Shown one piece after another: positions 37,416-50,308 of a stretch of 64,000 nucleotides of DNA. The position numbers and the translations under genes are program-made. The stretch covers positions 57,215,495 to 57,279,494 of the forward strand of contig NC_068990.1 in assembly GCF_001194135.2 (NCBI RefSeq), read 5' to 3'. The notes under the pieces were generated by a model. It searched no databases and was not told the origin of the DNA. It worked only from the letters and a program-made list of their open reading frames with translations. The stretch is from Octopus bimaculoides. Taxonomy: Eukaryota. Within the stretch, counting starts at the first letter, position 1. Each line of letters begins with the position of its first letter.

Positions 37416-38571
37416 ATGTTAAATAAGAAAAAAAAAACAAAACAAAAAAAACTAGGTGCTACAGAATACATATCTACAGATTTTTAACAAACTCCATCTT
37501 ATAGACAGATGTAAATTCTTAGTCTCTGTACACAATATCTTAGATAGAAAACGTGGGCTCTAGTTTCACTCTTGTGTTAGAAGGTGTTTCTTACATATCT
37601 ATCTCTTTTTTCTTTGTCCATGAAAATATTGTATTTTTAAATGTTCTGTGTACACCTAGTGGTCATAGTGGGGACAATCCATTCTAGATTAGATTAAGTT
37701 GAGGCAGATTTGGAAGTTAGAATTTACATTAGAGTAAAGAAGGTGCACAGAATATACACATTTAACAGATTTTTCATGCACATTATAAAGTTCTTAAAGT
37801 TTCGAGTCATTGGAAGCCATGTATAGTGCTATTTCATCATTTTTTGGAATCATCCACATGACTTAACGTGAGGCAAATATATTAAGTTAAATTCAGCATT
37901 GTACTTGTGCAGTTTATGAAAGTGTTTGCATAGACAGTGTCTACATAGACAGTGTGTTTACATCTATCTATACAAAGTGTGTTGATTAAAAATTTATGGT
38001 TATATATTCTTTTACAGTATAGCACTGAGATATTGCATTCCTAAATAGTCTAAAAAGACAGGTTAGTCATGGTTGTTATTGTAAGTTTGTCCAAACAAAC
38101 TTTATCTAGGGATAGCTTAAAAACAACTAATAACAATAATACCAGTAATAATGATGATCATGAAGGCAATGATGATAATGATTTCGTTTATCATATGTAT
38201 AAAAACATTTCACAAACAATATAAATTAGATATATTTTAACTAATGATCACGTGTGTCCTGATTTTAGAACAGGTACAAGGTGTCCTTGTGATTAAAAGG
38301 ATTGCTAACAAGAAAATCATTCGAACATAAAGCATTGTCCAAAATTTTCAAAAACAGCCAAGAAGTAGTTTATTGTTCTTTAAATAACTTCAAGAGAAAA
38401 CAAGGATACATTGTTTGGGTTCAGTATACAATGGCAAATTAGTGAGCTGATAATACAGTTTCAAATTGACGGTAGCGTTTCTAACTTCCAATGAACTCGT
38501 GTCAATGAAAGCATTATGTATAAGAAATTTCTGTTAACCAGTGGTCTGCTCTAGAGTTGTATCTATGTAAG

Positions 38572-38618
<47 letters not shown>

Positions 38619-38801
38619 CATACATACACACATATATATATGTATGTATGCATGTATGTATGTATGTATATGCACATATATATATATATATAGATATATG
38701 TATATAAATATATATGTATACAAACATACATACATACATGTAAACATGCATACATGCATTATATATATATATTTTTTTTTACACACACAAACACGCACAC
38801 A

Positions 38802-38832
<31 letters not shown>

Positions 38833-38885
38833 TTGTGGTCTGTGTATCTGTGTAGCTAACTAACTGTGTTTTCTTTTTGTAAAAG

Positions 38886-39040
38886 ACTTGCAGATGAATG
38901 TGCTACCAGTTAAAAAGCTCAACATACTGGATGTTAGCAACCTTATGGGGCCATCAGGAGAGAATCCATGCCATTTCGGGGCCCCTCATCTCAATGGCAT
39001 TATTGAGCACTGCCCCCACTCCCACCTGCTCCCTCACTGA
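38886..39040 (+). CDS. Candidate coding exon of an unidentified host gene
   Basis: Branch-point-like CTAACTAAC, T-rich tract and AG at 38884-38885. Locally GC-elevated. One frame open for 50 codons: LQMNVLPVKKLNILDVSNLMGPSGENPCHFGAPHLNGIIEHCPHSHLLPH*. I do not recognise the peptide. Confidence 0.3.
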
Positions 39041-40897
39041 GATGAGGCCCTGCTAGGTAGATCAACTGGTTACGAGGTTTCGCAATGATACTTCCAATCT
39101 ATGTTACAGTTTAGGAAATGCATTTGTATTTGTTCGAGGAGTTGGAGTTTCCTGATCACTTTTAAAATTACTTCATCTTTACTCCTTGTCCTGCTGTTTT
39201 GATACAAGCCAGCATATGCCTAAGATATCATTCATGTATCCCTCTAAGGGTTAATGGAATGATATCTCAGACATTTGCAGGACATGCAAAGACTTTAGAA
39301 AAGTTATCTCAAAAAATTCTAGTGATGCTACTCTTGTTGGAACATGAATTACCATTAGCTTTAGGGTACCAACTTTGATAAGATATAAATTTTCTCAAGT
39401 TCAAATTTCTTCTAACTTTGTGATTTGTTCTTGAACAAAAATTGTCTCAAATTCCTGCAGATCGAAAAATATGTGTTTACAAACCAATAACCAATAACCA
39501 ATAAGCGTACATTGGCAGAAGTCCACATATTTATAGACGAGACATAATTGGTTGGATTAACTCCCAGTATATTACTAGTCTACTGATTCTGTTATCCACG
39601 GCCTTTAGTCAAATAATCAATAATTATATTAATAATGTTTTCTTTATATGCTATAAGTGCACCAAAGAAGGGATATTATAGAAAGACAAAAGGCGAAAGC
39701 ATAAATAATAGAGGTGTTATATCGAGTGAAAAATATAAAAGTAATCGATTATATGTAAAGTTCAAGTAAAATGATATTATAAATAACATAATGAAGTTCA
39801 TGATTTTGGTTAATTTCATATGCCTTGGGAAGAAGAAGAATACAGCGTTTTGGAACTGACTTGTCATATCAGAATAAAACATTCTTTTCCAAATGAGAAA
39901 TTTTTTTTCAGTTGAGCACATTTGACTTCTTTTCATGTGAAGAGCCAGTTCTAAAATGTCTTGTTTTTCTTCCCTACCATATTCAGCAATACAAACTCAT
40001 CCGGGCTAGTTGACTTTACTGTGTAATGTTTGCTGACATAACATGTCTATAACACTTTTCACTATGTCAAATGTAATACTTAATTATTCATATTGTTTCG
40101 AATTATTCTTGTATTATCTTATAGTTTTAAGATCACAATAACGTGATTGCATACTTTCAGAAAGACATTGTAGGGTACATGTGAGAGGCTTGATCTGACT
40201 GGTAGAATATTTTTTGTTACATGCTAACTTATTACATGCTAAACGTCTTGGACATTTCACATATTTTTTACAGATTCTTTAATGGCTTGTAGCCATTAAA
40301 GAAATTTCATAGTTAGCTGTGTCCATTCTGATTTTATAAAGCCCAGTTTCTCAAGAGCGATACAATGTCAGTAGTTGCCCCAAGAATTCTAAGTAAAAAT
40401 CTAAAGTTATAATATGATGGTGTAACAAGAGATTCCTCTATAGTTTGGCATAGGTCTTTTCTTTTTTGATATAAATCTTTCTTTTACACTAACCTTTAAC
40501 ATTATGTACAGATGGCTGTATTGTTGTTTGTATGTCTTTCACTAATGTATATCAGAAAAAGTTGTAAACAACAGCAAAAAGCTGATAAACTATTTTGTGG
40601 TATTCTGTCTATGTTGCATAGACAATTTCTGCCACTCACACTATTTGAAATGTAGTGAACCAGTAATTAGACCAATGGAGATCTATAAAAACACAAAATA
40701 CCTTCAGTTGAATAAAACTGATTCATACTGTACATTATAAATGGAATCACTCACACAATACTATTGTAAAAGACTTCCAAATAACATTAAGGATAATAGC
40801 AACAAGAGAGGAAGTGCATTTATTGGTAATGCAGTGAAAAACTTGCTCGAATTATGGGGAAGACATGACAGTTAATAACAAAAGTAATAATGATAAT

Positions 40898-41050
40898 TGT
40901 TTCTAATTTAGGCACAAAGCTACCAGTTTTGAAGGGGTGGATTAGTTAACCTGATTGACTACAGAACTTGAGTAGTAAATTATTTTATTAACTCCAGAGA
41001 GATGAAATGCTGAGCTGGCCTCAGCAGGATTGGAAATCAGGATGTAGATA
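40898..41050 (-). mobile_element. SINE family B, decayed
   Basis: TTTCTAATTTAGGCACAAAGC tail and GATGAAATGCTGAGCTGGCCTCAGCAGGATTGGAAATCAG. Confidence 0.6.
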
Positions 41051-41704
41051 AATGAAAGAAATACAATAAAACGTTTAGTCTTATTTCTCTAATGATTAAG
41101 CTAGCTTGCAACATTGGTGATGATGATGATGATGGTGGTGGTGGTGATGATGATGTTGATGATGATGATGATGATGATTGTGGTGATGGTGGTGGTGATG
41201 ATGATTTCTTTATTTGTCTCAAGGGCGACATGTGAGTGAAAGCAGACAATACAAGAGCAAATCTTAAATATGATGGGGGTTTATGGAGAATCGATTATGA
41301 CGTGACCTATGAAAACAATAGATTATACATACCATTCAGAAGTCTATTAAATATATGATGATTACTATTAAGAGAGTGACAATATTGTCACACATTAAAT
41401 ATAATAGACTACACTAAAACAGAGTGAAAATATACAAAAACACTCAGCATGGCCACTGTCAAGAGGCTGAAGAAATCAGCACTGGAATATGACAATAAAT
41501 AAAATATTCTAAAATAATAAAGCATAGTAAAATTATAAAAATATACTAAAATAAAGTAGGTTGAACATAGTAAATTGTATTAAATTGCCAACTTAATTTA
41601 CGTTAGTTTTTCACAACTGAAAGTTTATGGTTGTATTAAATGTAGACTCAAATTCTCATTCTAAAAATGGGCAATTAACAGTCACAGTCACAAGCATTCT
41701 GACC

Positions 41705-41736
<32 letters not shown>

Positions 41737-44299
41737 CTCTTATTCTTGATTTCTTTAGCTCTTATTATTCCCCTCTCCGTTCTCTTCCTCTGTAGTTTCC
41801 ATTTCTATACCCCTGTATTTTTATTTCTTTCATTTCCCTTTCTCTTATTTCACCTCCTTTATTTTCGTTCTGTTCTTCACCACTTTTACTTCTCTACTCC
41901 ATTTCTCTTGCTTTTCTAATGGTTTTTCAAACACTAAAAACTTCATAAAATATTAAGTCTGTCTACTAATGTCATAAACATTTTTCTTTCTTTTTTTATT
42001 CTTCTCAAAGAAAAACAAACCAAAGAAATTTATGAATATTTGAAAATACCATCAATATTATTGTATATTTCTGAAATCCCTTCATCACACAACTTACAAG
42101 TAACACAAAGAACCCTTCTTAAGAGATTATAAGCATGTAAGTAGGTGTCTTCTGTTTAATGTTATCATTTTGATGTGAGTACTGTTAGTTGTTGCTGTTT
42201 TTCATGGCCAAGAATTTCAATTTCCTCCTGATTGAGGGTTCCTCAGTATTAATGGTATTGATGACTTAACAGTCCAATCCTAATATAAAGCAGACAAGAA
42301 CAAAGATGCCATAGAACAGCTGGCAGAGGGCATAGTGGTTCTTGTTGCATCTTGCATTGTTTATTTTTATCTTTAATTTTTCTATTTTTGCTCCAAAACT
42401 TTTAGTTTCAGTGGTGATAGAGTTATGCCATCTGAAATGGTTATAGGGTTCTATTATCCATAGTTTTGTCTCAGCTTTAATCATTTTGAAGGTTTATCTT
42501 TTTTTTAGCTGATTTTCCGAATAATGGAAGGGACATCTTAAGGTCATTTTCCATTGGTTAATTTACTAAAAAGAATTCTTGATGAAGCTACAATGTTTAA
42601 GACATGTGGTTAGAATGAATGATATCATTAGGAGCCTGGTGGTTCTGAAAGGGCAAACCATGCTGGCAAGGTTAAAGAAGAGGGTTCAGAACATGACCAA
42701 CCCTGCTTAAAAACCCCCAAGGCAGAACAAGTGGCTGTAAATAATAATAATGGTTGATCACCCTAAAGTTTGAACTGATTGAATGGGATCAATGCAAAAT
42801 GGATTGGCTAAGGGGGTGCCACTCAAAGCCAAACCTGGTTAGTGGCAGTTCACTGCAATTTTAGCCTGTCTGGTACTTGAAGACAATCAATATTGATATA
42901 CGGCAAAGGAATTTTTATCATTCCTAGAAAACTATTTTTATATGCCCGAATGCTTTGAACTTTGACATTTGCCTTTTTTTTGTATTTTGTTGTTTATTGG
43001 GTAATCTGTGAAGAAGTCTATCTAGAGATATAACCATTTCTTTTCATGGTAAATGCTTTTCAAGATTGTGTCTGCATACAGTTACTCCATATTTCAAATG
43101 TAGGCTATGCTTTGCAGTTCTTAACAACACCAATTTGACAAAGAGCAGTTTTATTCATGACAAGTGACCACACAGTCTCATAAATAACTACAGATAAATA
43201 CAAGCCAAGATGTCCTACACATTTTCCTCCCTAAAGCTGACATTTCTTTGCTAAATGTGATTTATGCAACCCATGATACAGAATGAATTAGTTACAGTTT
43301 TGTTCTGAAAATATGAAGGCACAATGACTGTCAACAGAAGAAAAACTATCCCAAATTGTATGTATTTTTCAAGGAAAAACGCTTAATTCGATGGTAAGTG
43401 GAGTAAATATGCTAAAGGGCTCATTAAATGATGTCTAACAGTTTACTTTGACTAACCTTACAACTCTGAAGCCATTTGCTTTATTTTTTTTCCCCTTCCC
43501 ACTAAATACATGATACAAAAATTCATGCTGCAGTATTTTTCTTTATGTTTCCTATATTACTCTTAATGATGGCCGAGTTCTAAAAGTCAAATCACTTTGT
43601 CAGGAATTGCAAATTTTCTTATGACTAATGCAAAAATAAAAATCCCTTAGATATTTCAGCAACAGACAGCATATATTTTGGACAAAATATATATATATGT
43701 CTATAAATAACACTCTGTCTGCTAAACATCAAGACTAGTTATTACCATAAATTGTATCCTTTTTGGTGAACAAGAGATTTATTTTGGTCTCATGAGAACA
43801 ATGAGTTTTATACAAAAGAAGCATTTCATTTCTGAAACATTTGATTTCATTATAGCACTTTCTTATATGTATTAGTGTCTGGGGTTTTATTCAATGATAA
43901 ATTGTTTTACCACTTGACACTTGCTACTGGCATATGACACATGTTGGTTCTGGTAACATTGGTTTTATTGAATAGTCAGGTGAATAAGTTTACAGATTCA
44001 ATTACACTGTTTACAAACTATTCTTTTTACCTAAATTTGGCATAACATTCACTGGTGAGAAATGTTCAAACCAGGATAACTTACATAAAACTTGCTGATG
44101 ATAACTGCATTAAATATAGATGATGGCACTATTCATTTAACTTCTCACCTCCCCCAACACATACAGACACACATGCACTCAAACACATATGCATGCACAC
44201 ACCCACACGCACACACACACATGCACACATACATTAACTATAGCACTGAGACAGCATTCATGGGGATAAGTTCATAAATAAATGCGCAGATGTATGTTT

Positions 44300-44455
<156 letters not shown>

Positions 44456-44577
44456 ATTATAGTATATATACAGTAAACAAACAGCAAGGTGGAATATGTA
44501 TGTTTATTGAGTGAACATATGTAAATATATTTACAAACTTATTCCTCTCTCTTTTGAGCCCACCATATGTATGTGTG

Positions 44578-45112
44578 TCTTTTACCTTTTTCATGTTTTG
44601 GTCATTTGACTGAGGCCATGCTGGGGCACTGCTTTCAAGAATTTTTACTCAAATGAATGAACCCTAGGAGTTTTGTTTTTTCAAGCCTGGTACTTATTCT
44701 ATTGGTCTCTTTAGCCAAACAGCTAAGTTACAAGGATGTAAACTCACCAACACCACTTATCAAGTGGTAGTGAGGGAATACATAGGCACAAAGACGCACA
44801 AACACACAGACACAAAGACGCACAAACACACAGACACACACACACACATACACACATGCATGCATGCACAGACACACACACACACGCATGCATGCATGCA
44901 CAGACAAACACACACACACATGCATGCATGCATGCACAGACACTCACACACGACTGGCTTCTTTCAGTTTCTATCTACCGAATTCACTTACAAGAGTTTT
45001 GTTAGACCAAGACCATAATAGGAGATATTTGCCCAATGTTGTCACACAGTGGGACTGAACCTAAAACCATGTGCTTGGGATGTGAATCCCTTACACAGAC
45101 ATTCTAGTGCCT
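44578..45112 (-). mobile_element. SINE-like family A with expanded (CA)/(CATG) core
   Basis: GTCATTTGACTGAGGCCATGCTGGGGCAC tail, and head ..CAGTGGGACTGAACCTAAAACCATGTG. The centre 44790-44950 holds repeated CACAAAGACGCACAAACACA and CATGCATGCATGCACAGA units. Confidence 0.85.
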
Positions 45113-45137
45113 ACATACAAATATACATACATACATG

Positions 45138-45168
<31 letters not shown>

Positions 45169-45224
45169 AAGTATAAAATATATATATATATATACATATA
45201 CATAAATCCCAAAAGAAAAACAAA

Positions 45225-45400
45225 CACAAAAAAGCCACAATGCGAGGACGTGATACAGGTAAAGTATTAGCAGACGCTGAGGGAAGGAAAGAAAGATGGT
45301 TTAACGTTTCGAGCAGATGCACTTCTTCGGAAACAGAGGAAAGTCCAATAGAAGGGAAGACAGAGGAAAAAAATCTCCAATGATTCACATGTGGTTACAT
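45225..45400 (-). mobile_element. Penelope-like element terminal-repeat remnant (tentative)
   Basis: CpG-containing island between (TA)n tracts carrying a hammerhead-like core. Minimal hammerheads in terminal repeats are an established feature of Penelope-like retroelements. No PLE ORF visible (gap follows). Confidence 0.55.
45299..45334 (-). ncRNA. Degenerate minimal type I hammerhead ribozyme motif
   Basis: Minus strand: GUUU-CCGAAGA-A-GUGC-AUCU-GCUC-GAA-ACGU-U-AAAC. This gives stem I GUUU/AAAC, core CUGANGA with U4>C, stem II with one mismatch, GAAA, palindromic ACGU stem III and a GUU cleavage triplet. Confidence 0.6.
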
Positions 45401-46154
45401 ATATATATATATGCATATAGATATATATGCATGTATATGTATATATATATATATATATATATNNNNNNNNNNNNNNNNNNNNNNNNNNNNNNNNNNNNNN
45501 NNNNNNNNNNNNNNNNNNNNNNNNNNNNNNNNNNNNNNNNNNNNNNNNNNNNNNNNNNNNNNNNNNNNNNNNNNNNNNNNNNNNNNNNNNNNNNNNNNNN
45601 NNNNNNNNNNNNNNNNNNNNNNNNNNNNNNNNNNNNNNNNNNNNNNNNNNNNNNNNNNNNNNNNNNNNNNNNNNNNNNNNNNNNNNNNNNNNNNNNNNNN
45701 NNNNNNNNNNNNNNNNNNNNNNNNNNNNNNNNNNNNNNNNNNNNNNNNNNNNNNNNNNNNNNNNNNNNNNNNNNNNNNNNNNNNNNNNNNNNNNNNNNNN
45801 NNNNNNNNNNNNNNNNNNNNNNNNNNNNNNNNNNNNNNNNNNNNNNNNNNNNNNNNNNNNNNNNNNNNNNNNNNNNNNNNNNNNNNNNNNNNNNNNNNNN
45901 NNNNNNNACACACACTAGTATAACTTTTTATTTTGCATGATAATCGTTTTGACCCATCCTGTAACTGTCCTTTATAGGTGGGATACTGTGCATTATACGA
46001 TATTGCATCAATTTTGCAGTCTGGCTTACATCAGGTTCATTCATACATAAAGGGGTCTCTCGCTAAACATCTTGATTTTTGGCAGCCATGTTGTTATTTG
46101 TCCGCTTCAACAAATGTGCACACTAATTGATGTATTCTCATTAGTCCAAAATAT

Positions 46155-46197
<43 letters not shown>

Positions 46198-46214
46198 ATA
46201 AATCTTTCATCATT

Positions 46215-46557
46215 TGTCATTTACTTGTTTCAGTCATTGGACAATGGTTGTACTGAGGTAACATCTTGTAAGGGTTTAGTTGAATGAATCAACACCAGTT
46301 TTCGCTTTTTAAAAACCTAGTGCTTATTCTATTGGTTGGTCTCTTTTTCCAAACTGCTAAGTTACAGGGATGTAAACAAACCAACATCAGTTGTCATGTT
46401 GTGGTGGGGTGGGGGGACAAGCTCAAAACACAAATACATTCACACGCATGCACACATACATCCACACACACATATATACATACACATCTACATACAACCA
46501 CATATATGACAAGCTTCTTTCATTTTCCATCTAACAAACTCATTGACAAGGCTTTCC
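46215..46557 (-). mobile_element. SINE-like family A, 3' two-thirds, ending at the RTE relic
   Basis: TTTACTTGTTTCAGTCATT..GTGCTTATTCTATTGG..CTGCTAAGTTACAGGGATGTAAAC..(CA)n..CTTCTTTCATTTTCCATCTA. Confidence 0.75.
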
Positions 46558-47690
46558 AGAAGGTGGAATGGGAGTGTGACAAACATATCTGCAGCAACCA
46601 TGGGGGCATCACCCTCCTCTCCATCCCAAGCAAGATCTTCACCAGGATCCTTTTCGGCTGTGCTCATCCTGTGAATAGAAGCAGAGACTACCCACAACAA
46701 GCTGGATACATATTAAATCAATCTACCACCAACCATACTTTTGCCTTTGTCTTATTATTGAAAGGTTTTGGGACTCCTGCAAAGATTGCTGCCTCTACAT
46801 CACCTTCATTGACCTAAAGGCTGCATTCAACACAGTCAATCACACACCTCTCTAGAAAATTCTCAAGCTATTGATGTTCCTCCTAAAGTCACTGTCTTGT
46901 TCCAGCAGCTTTATAGTAGTGCTGAGAGTAGCATGTGGATGAATGGAAAGCACTTCAACTGGTTCCCCATCAACAGAGAGGTCAGACAGCCCCAACCTCT
47001 TCAACTTAACATGGTAAACTATTCCAAGATCTGTAATAGCCTGCTTCAGCATGGTGTTCAGAATAAGACTAAGACATTCCCTGAGTTCATTGTAGTTGCC
47101 AACGCTCACACTCACCCCACTCTGCATACACCTGATCAATTATCTGATGACCAGGGTCTGTGAGCAAGTTTCTGGCATGACCTTCTGAAACTATCACCTT
47201 ACCAACCTGAGTGGGTGGACAATACCACCCTATTCAGCAACTTGATTGACCAGCTCAGGGAAGCACTGACCATATATTGAGAGGTATCAACAAAGCTTGG
47301 CATTCAGGTGAGGTGGGTAAAGATCAAAAGCTGATGCATGTCAGTGATGGCCCAGACCTTTCCCCACTCCATACTGGCCCTCTTTCATCTACTTGGGCTC
47401 CACAGTCACAACAATAGAGACCTGATGCTGGAGAACAATCACAGATGTGGTCTTGCAACTAGGCTCAAGCACTCTTTAAGGAAGACCCCTTAGCACCACA
47501 GCTCTGTCACCTGGAAGACAAAACTCTGCATCTAGAATCTATCGGTCCTTTCTGTTCTCTTATATGGAGCAGAAATATGGCCCCTCACAAAGACCCTGAC
47601 AAAGAGGATAGGTGGCTTCAACAGTAGAGTATTGAAGACCATAGGGAACATCAAATTATACCATCATGTTTCCAACAAAGAGCTGTGTGT
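46558..47690 (+). mobile_element. RTE/BovB-like LINE RT relic
   Basis: CSNHGGITLLSIPSKIFTRIL (RT domain 1, NYRGISLLS..GK), QQAGY..NQSTTNHTF (domain 2), NGKHFNWFPIN.EVRQ, LMTRVCEQVSG..YHLT, later LLYGAEIWPLTKTLTKRIGGFNSRVLKTI. Frameshifted. Confidence 0.85.
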
Positions 47691-48522
47691 GAAATAGCAG
47701 CTAAATCCCAGTGAAACTACATCCCATTAGCTTAAAAAGTAGAAAAAAATTTGGTTAATGGAATCCTAGATAAACAATAAAGGCATTAAAAAAAGGGGGG
47801 ATAGTCACAGATGGATTGTCTTCAATCAGAGGTCTACTCATTGTGGATTAACTACAAGACAATGAATAAAAGGTAGGTACTCTGTTGGAATGGAATGCAA
47901 GACTATTTTGTTAATGTTTCAGTGACATAACTTTTGGAGCAGAAGTAAAGATGCCAAGATATTAACTACAGAAATGTGGGTTCAATTCAGAATTGTACTG
48001 TTACCTATAACATTCAGTTTCCATCAACCAAGCCCACACACAAGGCTTTAGTTGGCCCAAAGTGCTGTATAGTGGAACTTAACTGAAAACCACATGGTTG
48101 GGATGCAGGCTCCTTAACCACATATCCCAGCATATACTATAAGCATAAGCAGATTTTGAGTGTCAAATTGTTCATAATAGTGCCACTCATTTTAAATTCA
48201 GCACTCACTTTAAACTATATGTTTTCTGCAGAAGGCGTCCCTGGAAAATTTTCCAATTTCATTATTTTAAATTATATGATGAGTGAATGTTTTCACTTCT
48301 CAGTTATTCCAAAATCTGTAATACTCTGCTTCAGCATGGTGTTCAGAATTAGACTAAGACATGCCCAGAGTTCACTGTAGTTGCCAACGCTCACACTCAC
48401 CCCATACTGCATACACCTCATTCAAGTTTTAATCGATTATGATTTTACAGTTGTCTCCCTTATCTTTTTGAGCATGAATTATCATTAATGCTAATGATTA
48501 TCCCTTTCAGTATAAACCTAAC

Positions 48523-48570
<48 letters not shown>

Positions 48571-49144
48571 TGTGTTAAATTACAACCCCCACCTCACTTA
48601 ACTACATGCTATTTTTATATAATTACAAAGCAAAAATTTGCTAAAAGTCATTGAATTGTTCTCACTCCAGGGAACGTAAGTTAGACAGACTGTTGCGAGA
48701 CAGATTAGGTTTATTCACTAGGTTGCATCCATGAATTGACTCACAACAACAAAAGTAATATACAATATAATAAGAGCAGTAGGATCAAGGCAACAGTTTG
48801 CATTTCTGTTCAATTGGTCAATTATGTTACTCTGCTTTTCTGTGATAATCACTCAAAGCCTTTAAACCGAATCTGTGACTGGAGCCAGGATGTCGTTAAA
48901 GACACATCTCATCCAATCCTGTGGTACTTTTTGTTTATGTACATAGAATAAAGCTACTGTGAAGCCACGAGCTGCAGCAGCTAGCTAAATACTTTGTTAT
49001 GGCTAATCCAGTTTCAATTTGATCAGGGACCTAGAAATAAAGGGTTGCTCTCAGATCACATTTTTACAGCTGGATAGCTTTCCAAACAGCAAAATTCTTT
49101 TTTTTAGTCATCCATTTATTTATATTTATGAGAGTGATTTTACA

Positions 49145-49222
49145 TTAATAACAACAATAGTAGCAGAAATAGCAACAATAATAATAATAATGATAAGAAT
49201 AGTAATAACATTTATAATAATA

Positions 49223-49271
<49 letters not shown>

Positions 49272-49298
49272 TAATGGTGATGATGATAATAATAATAA
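49145..49298. repeat. Compound (AAT)n microsatellite
   Basis: Long AAT run with AAC/AGT/GAT variants. Confidence 0.95.
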
Positions 49299-50076
49299 TA
49301 CTTCCTGCTTCTATGATATGTTTGCTTCATTTAATTGTTTCCCAAGAAATGTCATATAGAATTATCTTTTAGAAAGCTCAGTAAGATAATATCATAGCTG
49401 ATTAATTAATTCCATTGTTGATATGTTTCCTGGGATAATAATGAAATATATAATATTATTAATGAGGAATTAAGTAATGTTGAATTGTTTACTGCACTGA
49501 TCAGAAAGGTCACTAAGAAAGTTGATGGTTTAAGCTGTTGAAAAAATAAATAAAATTCTCAGTCAGAAGATTCAATTTAGATATTTTAGCATCTTAATTG
49601 AAAATTGTTTCACTGAGGCTGAAATATAATGAAATCAAGGAATTAATTTCAATTGATGCTGGTTTTACATCTGTACAAGCCAATATGTAATGCAGCTTGT
49701 GATCTAATATTTTACTGTGAGGGTTTTGCTTGCTACATGTAACAAGCGATTGCTTCTATTTTATTATCAAAGGGATATTTACTGTTGAATGTCATATCAC
49801 TTGAGACTTGAGCATTACTTAAATGGTTAGGAGTCTCATATGGGTTTTATTCAATTAATTGATCTAATGCTAATTCATAACTAGGAGTAAATTATTTGTT
49901 GAAATTGTATTAGGATATTTCTGAAAGCATTCATACAAATGATTTGAAAATTTCATTGAAAAATATGCATCGAAAGCTAACTACTTTTAGAAACAATATA
50001 TTTATATGCATATATTGTATAATGCAAAAATGATAATATTTTAAAAAGGACTGTAAACTTAATAATAATAATAATA

Positions 50077-50272
50077 ATTGGTGCACTTGGGACCATCTCA
50101 AAGAGAGCAATATTCTGGCATCAAAAGCTGCAAATACAAAACTCCATAGGAAGCATTCAGTTGGCAGCAATACTTGGAACAGCTCATGTGTTGAGAAAAA
50201 TGTTGCGTGAGGCTGAGATGTGACATAAATAAATCAGAAGTTAAGTGAATAATAATAATAATAATAATAATG

Positions 50273-50308
<36 letters not shown>

